64,000 nt of DNA from a virus. The translations under genes were made by a program, and so were the position numbers. A model generated the notes under the pieces. It was not told the DNA's origin. It was given only the letters and a program-made list of their open reading frames with translations, and did not search any database. The stretch spans positions 20,689 to 84,688 of IMG/VR virus record IMGVR_UViG_3300020578_000037; one strand, written 5' to 3'. This document shows, one piece after another, positions 50,424 through 60,171 of the stretch. Position 1 is the stretch's first letter, and each line of letters starts with the position of its first letter.

Positions 50424-50603
50424 TTAAAGGTGCAAAACTATTTTAAATAAAACTATTGCTGAACATATAGCGGCGACTAAGCTAGTAAATGTCCTTAAAA
50501 GCTCTAACTTATGATTATGACGGTCGACCCATATTTCAACCAAATCTCTAAGTCTACCTTCTTCTTCTAATTTTCTAATTTCTTTTTTAGTTAGGTTTTT
50601 CAT
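50424..50603 (-). CDS. Small 59-aa membrane-anchored protein
   Basis: Not in the track. Manual translation MKNLTKKEIRKLEEEGRLRDLVEIWVDRHNHKLELLRTFTSLVAAICSAIVLFKIVLHL fills the gap between the GT-B gene and gp43. Confidence 0.65.
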   Translation of the reverse strand: MKNLTKKEIRKLEEEGRLRDLVEIWVDRHNHKLELLRTFTSLVAAICSAIVLFKIVLHL

Positions 50604-51819
50604 AACTATTTAATGAATTTAATAGCTTTCTATTAGAATCCCCACAAGGAAAATTATATAGTTCATAATACTTCATATAATTGTCGTCATTTTCAAGCCA
50701 CCTTTCTTCAGCAACTTTTCTTGCCTTAGCACACATATTCATGTATCTACCTTTCTTAGAGAGGGTGTCCTCAATTTGACCAATCATTTGCTCACCAGTG
50801 TCAAATTTTATTGGAGCATTTTCATAAGTAACTAAATTTTGACATGCAATTGGTAGCCCGAAGCAACAAGCTTCTATGTATTTTAAATCACTCTTAGCTT
50901 TATTAAATGTGTTGTTTTGAAGTGGTGCGACGAACATATTAGCTTTAAGATTATAAAGCTTCTCAGGATAATTATAGAGATGTTGCCACTGATGGAACTC
51001 TAAATCACCATTGGCGACGTACTGTCTTAATGGCAGGGGAAATGCGCCTAAGAATATCCATCTGTACTTGTGTCTTGTATCAATAATAGCTTTACATACA
51101 TGTGCAAAATCATCTTGTTGATTGATGCGGTTTTCTACATCAAAATGTGCACCTGACCCGGCATATATAATTCTTGGTCTTTTATCAAACTCATCATAAT
51201 TATCAGATATTTTTTTCTCATTATAAAAATGCCCCATCCAATATTTTGGTGGGTAATTTGGAATAATTGTTATGTTTTTGTGCTTTGTTTTATCAAAATA
51301 ATAATCCTTCATGAATTTACATGTCACAGTAATTTCATCACACAAACTCATAATTTGCTGTGCAGTTTCACGAATCTGAGGATCAGTAAATGCTGGCTTA
51401 AACTTATTATAATCGGGAATGTCTTCTTTAAAAACTAAATCATCAATTTCGTAAATTATTCTAAATCCGTGTTGCTTGCTAACTTCTTTTAAAAACTGCA
51501 CAAACCTTAACTGACTCGCTGTAGCTTGTCTTTGAATTCTAACAGCTTTAACGCCTCTAAAATAATTAGGATCAAAGCACATTACTGTACTGCCGTGAAT
51601 AACCATCTTTTGATAAGCATTAAGCATATGCTCTGGCCATATCATTCTCCAGAACCCACAGCCGCTGTAATCTGCGTAATAATTTAATCCTCTAGTAAGT
51701 TCTAATTCTGGTGGCCTAGGAGGGGTCTGCTTTGTGGGGGTGCGTTGACCTTGATTAATAGGTACAAACGGCTGCACAGTAGGCGAAACAAAAGGCGAAA
51801 CGTAAGGAGAGACAACCAT
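50587..51819 (-). CDS. GT-B (GT4-like) glycosyltransferase
   Basis: GCGFWRMIWP, YEIDD, VAPLQNNTFNKAKSDLKYIEA. Confidence 0.8.
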   Translation of the reverse strand: MVVSPYVSPFVSPTVQPFVPINQGQRTPTKQTPPRPPELELTRGLNYYADYSGCGFWRMIWPEHMLNAYQKMVIHGSTVMCFDPNYFRGVKAVRIQRQATASQLRFVQFLKEVSKQHGFRIIYEIDDLVFKEDIPDYNKFKPAFTDPQIRETAQQIMSLCDEITVTCKFMKDYYFDKTKHKNITIIPNYPPKYWMGHFYNEKKISDNYDEFDKRPRIIYAGSGAHFDVENRINQQDDFAHVCKAIIDTRHKYRWIFLGAFPLPLRQYVANGDLEFHQWQHLYNYPEKLYNLKANMFVAPLQNNTFNKAKSDLKYIEACCFGLPIACQNLVTYENAPIKFDTGEQMIGQIEDTLSKKGRYMNMCAKARKVAEERWLENDDNYMKYYELYNFPCGDSNRKLLNSLNSYEKPN

Positions 51820-51827
51820 ATATTATA

Positions 51828-53639
51828 TTATATGCTAACCTCTTTATAATCAACTTTACGGGTAATACCATTACTTTTTTCTAGATATATAATATCTCCG
51901 GTAGCCGCTTTAATGCTTTCTTTTCTATGACTTATAACCATGATACATTCATTAAATTTTTCTACTCTTTCTCTTAATATACCAATAACCAACTCCACAC
52001 CCTTTTCATCGAGACTCGAGTCAAATAATTCATCATATATACTAAAATTAAAAGATATATCTCCTTGAAGACGTCTGATGTCCATAAAGGTGAAAAGACA
52101 TGCTAAGTCAATATTTTTTCTCTCAGCACCGCTAAAATTAAAGTAAGAGCAGGGCTTACCCTTATTATCAACAATCTCTTCTTCAAAATATTCATTAAAC
52201 GTACAGATACAATTTGCGTCCATTTTCTTAAGGTAATAAGCAAGCTTACTATTAAACAGCTGCAACATTTTCTTTACAATATATGATTTTACACCTTCTT
52301 CGGATACAATAAACTTAACTACATCTAAGTTATTTAAAGATATTTTTAATTCCTCAATCTCATTCTTAACTGTCTCTAGCCTTTCGTTTTGTTCTTTAAT
52401 AAATGCATCAAATGAATCGTTGTCCTTTTCAATATCTTTAAGATCTTGTTCCAATTCTACTTGCCACTGGTTTAATTGATTTAATCTTTGCTGTAAGTTT
52501 TCTTTTTCTTTTAGTTTATGCTTATATGCATTGGTATCTTCTCTTAGTAACAGTAGCTTACTTTCAACAGTCTCGCGTGCTTTTTTAAATGTACTTTCAT
52601 CTTTCTTACCGCTCTCAATATCCAAATTATATGTATCTATTTCGGTATTAATCTTATTCTTTTCTGTTTTAATGTGATTTCTATCTGTATCCTTAATTGG
52701 GCGCAAACAAGTAGGGCATACATCTTTATCGGTGCCTACGTTAAGCAGCTTTTTATTAAGCTGTGTTATTAAGGTTGATTTTTCTGAAATAGAATGACGG
52801 ACTTCTTGCAGTTTTTTATCAATCTTTTCTATATTTTTCTCTTGTTCTATAATTTGCTTACCTAAGTCATCAACATTAGGTAGTTCAAAGTTAGTTAATT
52901 TTTTGCTTATATCATTTATTTCAACAATATTATTTTGCTTACGTGTTTCGTATTTTTCTTTCTTTCTTTGTTTTTCAATCAAGAAATTTTCTTTTTGTTT
53001 TTTATGATTTAAGATAGTTTTAGTAATTTCATCATGTTTCGCTACTTCTATATCATAAGTTTTCTTCTTTTCAGCTATATCTACCTTGAGCAAATTTAAC
53101 ATGTTTCCAAAAACACTAAGATTAAAGATATCTTCAATAAATTTTCTTTTCTCTTGCTTTTTCTTAGCCATAAACGGTATAGTATTATTAACCGTCATTA
53201 TTACGCAGTTTTGAAATACTTCAGGTGTACAGTTAAATTTTGATGTTATAAAAGCGTTAGTGTTTGAAATTGAATCTCTGGTTTTATCGTCTCCGTTTAT
53301 ATATATAAAACATTTTGATGGTTCTAATGTTCTTATAATTTGAAGTTCTTCCTTGCTATCAAAATTCTGAATAGTTACATCTAAAATAATTTCACAATTT
53401 TTTTTATTAATATTATTAATAATATTTTCCTTTTTGAGGTCACGTAAAGTCTCACCAAACACACCAAAATAAATTGCATCTGCTACTGTAGATTTACCTA
53501 CGCCGTTTCTTCTGTCTTCCTTATCCTTATTAATACCTGTAATAATATGAAGGCCTTTTTTAAAATCTATTACAACTGGCTGATTACCAACAGATAAAAA
53601 ATTCTTGATACTAATCTTATTAAATTGAATATGTCTCAT
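51828..53639 (-). CDS. gp46: Recombination ATPase gp46 (Rad50/SbcC-like)
   Basis: NFLSVGN, NGVGKST, CPTC hook, FSGAE, DELFDSSLD. Confidence 0.95.
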   Translation of the reverse strand: MRHIQFNKISIKNFLSVGNQPVVIDFKKGLHIITGINKDKEDRRNGVGKSTVADAIYFGVFGETLRDLKKENIINNINKKNCEIILDVTIQNFDSKEELQIIRTLEPSKCFIYINGDDKTRDSISNTNAFITSKFNCTPEVFQNCVIMTVNNTIPFMAKKKQEKRKFIEDIFNLSVFGNMLNLLKVDIAEKKKTYDIEVAKHDEITKTILNHKKQKENFLIEKQRKKEKYETRKQNNIVEINDISKKLTNFELPNVDDLGKQIIEQEKNIEKIDKKLQEVRHSISEKSTLITQLNKKLLNVGTDKDVCPTCLRPIKDTDRNHIKTEKNKINTEIDTYNLDIESGKKDESTFKKARETVESKLLLLREDTNAYKHKLKEKENLQQRLNQLNQWQVELEQDLKDIEKDNDSFDAFIKEQNERLETVKNEIEELKISLNNLDVVKFIVSEEGVKSYIVKKMLQLFNSKLAYYLKKMDANCICTFNEYFEEEIVDNKGKPCSYFNFSGAERKNIDLACLFTFMDIRRLQGDISFNFSIYDELFDSSLDEKGVELVIGILRERVEKFNECIMVISHRKESIKAATGDIIYLEKSNGITRKVDYKEVSI

Positions 53640-54706
53640 AGAGCTAATGCTTTTTTATACAGATCTAAACAATACTTTGATACATTGTTTTTATTCTCGA
53701 TGTCCAGAAGATTGACAAATTCTTCAATTGCTTTATTCATATCAACGCCAGATAAATCAAAATTTTGATCGTCAATAACAGCGATAGAATCATCATAAAG
53801 AGAATAATCAACGCTTAAGCTAAACGGCTTATAAGATGATATTTTTTGTATTAATGCATCGATTGTATCACTCGATATTTTTTTATCTATTATAAGTTTT
53901 ATAATATTATTTTCAATTTGCGCCTTTAAATTTTCAGATTTAGAAGCTTTTTGATCAACGAGATTAGAGATTGATATTTTTTTATGCTTAGGTGAGAGAG
54001 CGTTTTCATGAAAATCATATTTTAAATTAGGTATATCGAGAATGTAATACCCTTTAGAAGATTCTATATCACCGAAATCCATTTCAAACGGATTACCAAC
54101 GTAAACTATAGTCTTGTCATTATATTTACGTTCATCACGGAGATGAAAATGCCCGGTCATAATAAGAGTACCTTTATCTAGTAAATCCTTGGTTTTTAGC
54201 CCATGATCGCAAAGCTTGTGTAAATTCATTTTAAAACTTTCGATTTCCAAATGACCAAAAATAATATCGCTCGTCTCAATATTAGATATATCAGCACCCC
54301 AGGGCAAAAACGTGCATTTCTTACCGTACAGATTATGGTTTTCTATATTACTAATAATTCTAATATTTTTCCAGCCGTTTAAAATAGAAAGTGAATTAAT
54401 ATCTGTCCTGTCTTTATAAAACGAATCATGATTGCCTACTAATATTACAATATTAAAATTTTCCCATTCTTTTAAAATCTGATTAACGATATGGATGGTA
54501 TTAACAGCTATTTCATCTCTATAGTGATATACATCGCCAAGAATAACAATATCTTTTATATTTTTAGCTATAAGCTCTTGCTTAAGCCAGGTAGCCCATT
54601 TAATAGCAGTATCGTGCCATAAATTGCTATTTTGATGCACACCAATGTGTAAATCACCAATACAGCAAACCTGACTTTTATTAAGATTAATTTCCTCTGA
54701 CTTCAT
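53636..54706 (-). CDS. gp47: Recombination nuclease gp47 (Mre11/SbcD-like)
   Basis: GDLHIG, LGDV, GNHD, GHLE, GHFH. Confidence 0.93.
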   Translation of the reverse strand: MKSEEINLNKSQVCCIGDLHIGVHQNSNLWHDTAIKWATWLKQELIAKNIKDIVILGDVYHYRDEIAVNTIHIVNQILKEWENFNIVILVGNHDSFYKDRTDINSLSILNGWKNIRIISNIENHNLYGKKCTFLPWGADISNIETSDIIFGHLEIESFKMNLHKLCDHGLKTKDLLDKGTLIMTGHFHLRDERKYNDKTIVYVGNPFEMDFGDIESSKGYYILDIPNLKYDFHENALSPKHKKISISNLVDQKASKSENLKAQIENNIIKLIIDKKISSDTIDALIQKISSYKPFSLSVDYSLYDDSIAVIDDQNFDLSGVDMNKAIEEFVNLLDIENKNNVSKYCLDLYKKALAL

Positions 54707-55314
54707 GAAGCGGTGTTATAATTATCGTCATCGACCTTATCTGGCTCTACGTATATGTGTGCGCCACCCATTAGCTCCGGATTAATCATGTGTTCTGTAT
54801 AAACCTTTGCTCTATATTCATCTAATGCAGCGTGATGCTTATTTTCCTTCTTAATTCTATTAATAAAGGCATGAAACGCAATAGTTGTAAAGTACGAAAA
54901 AGGACTAAACCCTGTATCAAGCTTAAATTTTTTATTCCTTAATGCAGAGAACATTTTTACTATAGCATCTCCTATCATATCATCTTTATAAGAATAATTG
55001 ATAAAGTTGGGAGCATAAGATAGACCGTTAGCAATTTTAGTGAGGCTTTCTCCGAGCTTTGTTGTTATATGCCCAGATTTATAATACTGTCTTATTTCTT
55101 CTTCGAATTCTTTTCCGTTAACATAATGCACCTTATCTTTAGCTGCAGTTTTTTTAGCTGATGGTGTAACTACTGGTACCTGTATTACTCCAGTTTCAAT
55201 TATTTTCTTCAGCTCGGGATCGAGCTGAGATGTATTACTCTTCTTTTTTAAAGAGCTGGTTTTCTTAACTTTCAATAATTTCTCTGGTAGAGTATTTAAT
55301 TTTTTCTTTTTCAT
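54703..55314 (-). CDS. gp55: Late transcription sigma factor gp55
   Basis: HYVNGKEF, PNFINYSYKDDMIGDA, PFSYFTTIAFHAFINRIKKE. Confidence 0.93.
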   Translation of the reverse strand: MKKKKLNTLPEKLLKVKKTSSLKKKSNTSQLDPELKKIIETGVIQVPVVTPSAKKTAAKDKVHYVNGKEFEEEIRQYYKSGHITTKLGESLTKIANGLSYAPNFINYSYKDDMIGDAIVKMFSALRNKKFKLDTGFSPFSYFTTIAFHAFINRIKKENKHHAALDEYRAKVYTEHMINPELMGGAHIYVEPDKVDDDNYNTAS

Positions 55315-56728
55315 AAAGGTTTATACGTTTGCCCATGTGAGCATGACTATACTTAAATTCATCAGCAATGTCGAATATTATAAGCTTATCCTTATCCTTA
55401 TGCAAGCGAAGGCCTCTACCTATCGATTGGACGATCTTAATTTTAGCTTTGCCTCCGCATGCAAAAATAATAAAATGCAAATTTTTAATATTAATGCCTG
55501 TTGAAAATATTTTCGAAATAGCTACAACAACAATATCATTTCTATTTTCCATTAATGTTCTAATCTTTTCTCTTTCAGCTACTTCTACTTCACCGCGAAT
55601 AAAATAAACCTGCTTATCCGGACATACTTCTTTTATAACTCTATAAAGAGCTTCACCGTGTTCTATAAAATCGACGAGTATTAACGAATTGTTAGTTAAT
55701 TTACATGCGACTTTTGCTATAACCTGATTTCTAAAATTATTTCTAATTAAAAATTTTTGCTCTTCTCTGTAGAGATTGGTTGATGAAATAACAACATCTT
55801 TAAACGGGTCTTCCTTATACTTCAAAATTAAGATTTGTACTTGTACATTACTTACATAGTTTTCTAAGCGTAATTCATGACTATGTTTTTCATAAATTAT
55901 AGGTCCTATCTTACCTATAATATTCCATTGATCTATTAAACCTTCAGGCATAGTTCCTGTAAACCCGAATCTTACGGGTGTTTTAATAATCTTAATAATC
56001 TTATTAATTTCATTTCCTTTTCTAATTTTATGTACCTCATCTACAAATAATGCATCAATAGACGAGATCCAGGATAGATCAGTATTCTTACTTTGTAATA
56101 TTCCAAGATTTGCTATGACAACATTACCGAGATTATTGGTATCTAAATGAGAACTACCTGTCCATTTTTGAATTTTAAAAGGAACATTATAGCTTGTAAA
56201 GTCACCGTATGTTTGCTCTACTAACCCAAGATCGGGTACTATGTACAGGCATTTAAACTTATTACCATGAAGTAAAAATAGTTTAGTTAAAAGAGAAGCT
56301 GCTGTAAGTGTTTTTCCGCCTGCAGTTGCTAGTACAATTGTACCTCTCCCAACAGAAAGCGCTTTTTTTACTATATCGGTTTGATAATCACGAAGCGGTA
56401 TAGATAGAGGGACTATTTCAGTGTTGAACTGTGTATTATTACACCATGTTTTTGATGGTCTTACTATATCATACAATTCATCGTCTGTCTTAACATCACC
56501 AACGTATTGAGTATTAACTAAATGCTTTCTAATTTCATAATAAAGACCGGAATCAAATCTACCTGTAGGAGTAATACAATATGTGCGCTGCGGAAGAAAT
56601 CTTCCATATTTTCGCCTTACAAAAAAAGCAGCTTCATTTTTTACAGAAAAAGCTTCGCGAATATCTTCTAGATTGTCTCCAGAAATTATGCCACAGTTTT
56701 TTTTAGTATCATAAGAAAATGTGATCAT
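55265..56728 (-). CDS. uvsW: SF2 helicase UvsW
   Basis: LRDYQ, TAGGKT, DEVH, GFTGT, QSIGRGLR. Confidence 0.93.
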   Translation of the reverse strand: MITFSYDTKKNCGIISGDNLEDIREAFSVKNEAAFFVRRKYGRFLPQRTYCITPTGRFDSGLYYEIRKHLVNTQYVGDVKTDDELYDIVRPSKTWCNNTQFNTEIVPLSIPLRDYQTDIVKKALSVGRGTIVLATAGGKTLTAASLLTKLFLLHGNKFKCLYIVPDLGLVEQTYGDFTSYNVPFKIQKWTGSSHLDTNNLGNVVIANLGILQSKNTDLSWISSIDALFVDEVHKIRKGNEINKIIKIIKTPVRFGFTGTMPEGLIDQWNIIGKIGPIIYEKHSHELRLENYVSNVQVQILILKYKEDPFKDVVISSTNLYREEQKFLIRNNFRNQVIAKVACKLTNNSLILVDFIEHGEALYRVIKEVCPDKQVYFIRGEVEVAEREKIRTLMENRNDIVVVAISKIFSTGINIKNLHFIIFACGGKAKIKIVQSIGRGLRLHKDKDKLIIFDIADEFKYSHAHMGKRINLYEKEKIKYSTREIIES

Positions 56729-57117
56729 GTAGTTTCAAGCTTAATAATGTCTACTAAATTCTTAATGTCGTATGATGTAGAGCTGAGTGTTTTCTCAGAC
56801 TTTTCAAGCAATTCAATAATTAATTCTGTTTGCTTTATCTTTGTATCAGCTTCTACAATATCACTATGCTTTTCTGCTGTGCGCTCTATTACTGGGATTG
56901 CTAATTTAACAGGGCTTTGTTCTTGAATCTTTTCTACTAATTCTTTCTTAATAAGTTCTCTTCTTTTCTTTAAATCAATTAGTTCTAACTTATGTCTTAT
57001 GCATCTGCCTGCCCATTTATGCTTAATACCGGGTAATTTTAACTGATAATCTTTAAGAATAAGCTCGTCTATTTTTAAGTCGTTCTCTAGTTCTTTTATA
57101 TATTCGTCTAACAGCAT
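56725..57117 (-). CDS. uvsY: Recombination mediator UvsY
   Basis: DLKIDEL...LPGIKHKW, YDIKNLVD; adjacent to uvsW. Confidence 0.8.
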   Translation of the reverse strand: MLLDEYIKELENDLKIDELILKDYQLKLPGIKHKWAGRCIRHKLELIDLKKRRELIKKELVEKIQEQSPVKLAIPVIERTAEKHSDIVEADTKIKQTELIIELLEKSEKTLSSTSYDIKNLVDIIKLETT

Positions 57118-57141
57118 TAATAAATAATAACATAAAGTATT

Positions 57142-57399
57142 ATGAAATCAATAGGTTTATTTGAAGCTGCTTTTATAAAAACACTTAATGAAGATAATGT
57201 TGCAGGTGGTATTGGTAGTGTTTTCGGTCCTGGAACTTTATTTGCAATAGGTACCTCGGGCAATCAATTTCCTTCTCAAACTGACAATGCATATGCCCCG
57301 GGAGATTCAAGGGTGCCTAAAGCTTTAGGGCTTAAGAAAAAGGGTAAAAAAACAAAATTAAAAATACAAAGAAGGCCTTTGCCAGGCTTAGAGCTGTAA
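57142..57399 (+). CDS. Hypothetical protein with CTS-like N-terminus
   Basis: MKSIGLFEAAFIKTLNE; YAPGDSRVP. Confidence 0.65.
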   Translation: MKSIGLFEAAFIKTLNEDNVAGGIGSVFGPGTLFAIGTSGNQFPSQTDNAYAPGDSRVPKALGLKKKGKKTKLKIQRRPLPGLEL

Positions 57400-57411
57400 G
57401 TAAATAGTTAA

Positions 57412-57831
57412 GTGGAACTAGGACATTGGATTCTCGGAGATTCAGTAAAACTGGAAGAATCTACGTTCGGCTTTATTTACGAAATAACTAATACCGCAAC
57501 AAATAAAAAGTATATTGGTAAAAAACAATGTAAGTCGAAGCTTAAAAGAGCTCCGTTAAAAGGAAGAAAGAATAAGCGAATTGAAATAAAAGAATCTGAT
57601 TGGAGAGAATATACCAGCTCTTCTACAGAGCTAAATGAAGATATAAAAAAATACGGTAAGGATAAATTTATTTTTAAAATTTTAAAAACTTGTAATTCAA
57701 AATGGGAGTTAGCCTATTTTGAAATATTTGAGCAAATTAAAAATAATGTTTTATTAAGAGATGATTATTATAATGGTATTATAAATGTAAGAATAGGTCG
57801 ACCGCCAAAAAAATTTCTTGAACAAATTTAA
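57412..57831 (+). CDS. GIY-YIG endonuclease
   Basis: GFIYEITN...KKYIGKK, YFE, YYN. Confidence 0.85.
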   Translation: MELGHWILGDSVKLEESTFGFIYEITNTATNKKYIGKKQCKSKLKRAPLKGRKNKRIEIKESDWREYTSSSTELNEDIKKYGKDKFIFKILKTCNSKWELAYFEIFEQIKNNVLLRDDYYNGIINVRIGRPPKKFLEQI

Positions 57832-57843
57832 ATTACATATATT

Positions 57844-58407
57844 ATGATTCGTAAAATGGAATTTAAACAATATAATTTTAGGTTAATAAATTTTAATCAT
57901 TTATTTGAAAAAAAGATAGAAGTTAATATTATTAATGATCTGCATAAATTTAACCTTATAAAGCCTAAAATCGGCACGCAAGCAAAAAAATTCTTCTATC
58001 ATCATATTATTTTTGGTATTTGCGAACAGCTTCTTAATGAAAAAACAAGTGAGAAAAATGTTGTGTATTTTAATAATACGCAAATCGAAAGTATGCAAAT
58101 TTTAAAATATTTTTCAGAAAAAGACGTTTTGACAGCAATTAATAATATTCTTTTAAAAATAAGAAAACTTCTTCCTATTAAAATTTTTACTACAAATATT
58201 TCCTTTGAATTTTTATCTCATCTACTTTCTAAAAATGATGGTAGAGGCAGCGAAATAGTACTGAGCGTAAGGAATTATCTAGATAAATTTGATATTGAAA
58301 AGTTTACATTTAGTAAAATAAAGACGTTTACTAAGAAAAATGATTTAATTTTCTTAAATAAAGATTACTTTAATCGTCTTAAAACAAAGCAACTTCTTAT
58401 AGTTTAA
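57844..58407 (+). CDS. Hypothetical protein
   Basis: 187 aa ORF. Confidence 0.65.
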   Translation: MIRKMEFKQYNFRLINFNHLFEKKIEVNIINDLHKFNLIKPKIGTQAKKFFYHHIIFGICEQLLNEKTSEKNVVYFNNTQIESMQILKYFSEKDVLTAINNILLKIRKLLPIKIFTTNISFEFLSHLLSKNDGRGSEIVLSVRNYLDKFDIEKFTFSKIKTFTKKNDLIFLNKDYFNRLKTKQLLIV

Positions 58408-58423
58408 TAAGATAAATATATAC

Positions 58424-58870
58424 ATGGGGTTTATTGATTCATTTAACAAATACATGTCTCTTGTAACAGAAGCAGATATGCAGCCTCAAGACGCTGCAGC
58501 GCCAGCACCGGCCGCAGAGGCACCTCAGCCTAATGTCGCGCCTCAGGAAGCTCCTAAAGCAAATTCCGTGCCCCCAGAAGGCTACGTAGATATTGTTAGG
58601 TTGCTAGCAAAAGCCCTGGTAATGAACATACCTGCAGGTTCAATAGACGATCTCTTTACTACACCGATAACTAAAGAAAATGCTACTGAGGTTAGAGAAG
58701 GTCTGCAGGCTGCAATAGCTGCAAACGAAAATTATCAGGATAATCCTCAAAAAATTGAAAATCCACATTTTAAAAAGTTTGTGAATTCAATAAATGAAAA
58801 TAATTTTATGGCAAAGTATAAAGAAATTCTCAATATAATGAAACGGTACAGCAATGATATTGCTGCATAA
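58424..58870 (+). CDS. Hypothetical late protein with CTS-like N-terminus
   Basis: GATAAATA 5 nt before ATG; MGFIDSFNKYMSLVTE. Confidence 0.75.
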   Translation: MGFIDSFNKYMSLVTEADMQPQDAAAPAPAAEAPQPNVAPQEAPKANSVPPEGYVDIVRLLAKALVMNIPAGSIDDLFTTPITKENATEVREGLQAAIAANENYQDNPQKIENPHFKKFVNSINENNFMAKYKEILNIMKRYSNDIAA

Positions 58871-58875
58871 TAAAA

Positions 58876-60171
58876 ATGAAGTCGAAGCCTTACAGGAGCT
58901 TAGATCAAGTTTATCTTTCTGAATCTTTTGCTAAGTCTGTACCCCTATTACCGAGACAACAAGTTTTAAGAGAAGAGCTTAAGCAAGGGAGGGAGAAGCA
59001 TTATACGCAGCCTTCCGTACAATTTCATTTGCCTGGTATAGAGCCTGAAGAAGGAAGAACACTTCCTAAGGCAGAAATGGGAAGGATACTCGGTAGAAAA
59101 ATTAAGAAAACAGAAACTCCTATAGCGTATACTACCCCGGAAGAAGAAAAACAAGGTGAAAGCGAATTAATTGATATAGCTAAAAAAATTATCGGAGGAG
59201 GTGGGGAGGGAGCTGAAGATGCCGCAATGATTATAGTAGGTAAACTTAGAAAAATGAATAATAATAAAGATAAAAATATAGAATACGCAAATGTTAAAGG
59301 TATTTTGGTAGATTTAAGTAAACCTGCAAATAAAATTAATAACCTACCACCGCAGGGTAGAAGTAATTTAGTTGATGTAATATATAAAGAAACAAAAAAT
59401 AAATATCTCACCTCTCCGGAATTGATTAGAGCAATGCTTAATACTGTTGGTAGGGGAAGTGCTAATCTGGGTAAGGTTGAGTTAGGATTAACTATTTTTT
59501 ATAAAAATGCAAGGAAGGCCATAGGCGGGGGTGATATAGAAATTCAAAGAGGTGATTATAATAGCATACCCCTGCAAATTGGAACAGTAACTTATGAAGT
59601 AAAGGGCACCGATGGTAGAATGGGTAAGGGCAACCCTACATTGGCTTTAAAGAATATAGAAACATATATGAATAATTTTTATAAAAAATATAATATTAAT
59701 AAGCAATTTGGTCAAGTAAATAGCGCTGGAGGAGATAATACTACTTTAATTACTAATATTTACATGTGTTTAAATGAAATTGTTAGTATAGAAAGTTCTA
59801 CCATAAAAGATATTTTTGGTCTTATTTTTTATAGTTCACCTAAAGAGATAAAAGATAGCAGTATTAAAAATACTATTTTTAATCAATTTATTGAAGCTTC
59901 AAATAATTTTAAAAAAGAAGCTTTTTCGGGTGCGCTTGGTGAAGAGTTAATTAAGCTACTGTCAACAGCACTACAAATGCAAACATATAAGCTTACTGAT
60001 GGTCAAGACTTTGATAATCTTCTTGCATTTAATGATAACTTTAATGCTTTTATTGTAGATGTAAATGGTTTTGATTTTATGAAATATTATAATATTGTTG
60101 ACAAATATTTTATTATATCTAGACCGAGCTCTGACCAGCAACATGGTACTTTTGGTATTTCATTAAAATGA
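58876..60171 (+). CDS. Possible PD-(D/E)xK nuclease-domain protein
   Basis: LGKVEL...GGGDIEI...YEVKG. Confidence 0.5.
   Translation: MKSKPYRSLDQVYLSESFAKSVPLLPRQQVLREELKQGREKHYTQPSVQFHLPGIEPEEGRTLPKAEMGRILGRKIKKTETPIAYTTPEEEKQGESELIDIAKKIIGGGGEGAEDAAMIIVGKLRKMNNNKDKNIEYANVKGILVDLSKPANKINNLPPQGRSNLVDVIYKETKNKYLTSPELIRAMLNTVGRGSANLGKVELGLTIFYKNARKAIGGGDIEIQRGDYNSIPLQIGTVTYEVKGTDGRMGKGNPTLALKNIETYMNNFYKKYNINKQFGQVNSAGGDNTTLITNIYMCLNEIVSIESSTIKDIFGLIFYSSPKEIKDSSIKNTIFNQFIEASNNFKKEAFSGALGEELIKLLSTALQMQTYKLTDGQDFDNLLAFNDNFNAFIVDVNGFDFMKYYNIVDKYFIISRPSSDQQHGTFGISLK

Noticed and set aside
50420-50590. Apparent intergenic gap as a possible ncRNA or tRNA
   Set aside because: Explained by a 59-aa ORF; no cloverleaf seen.
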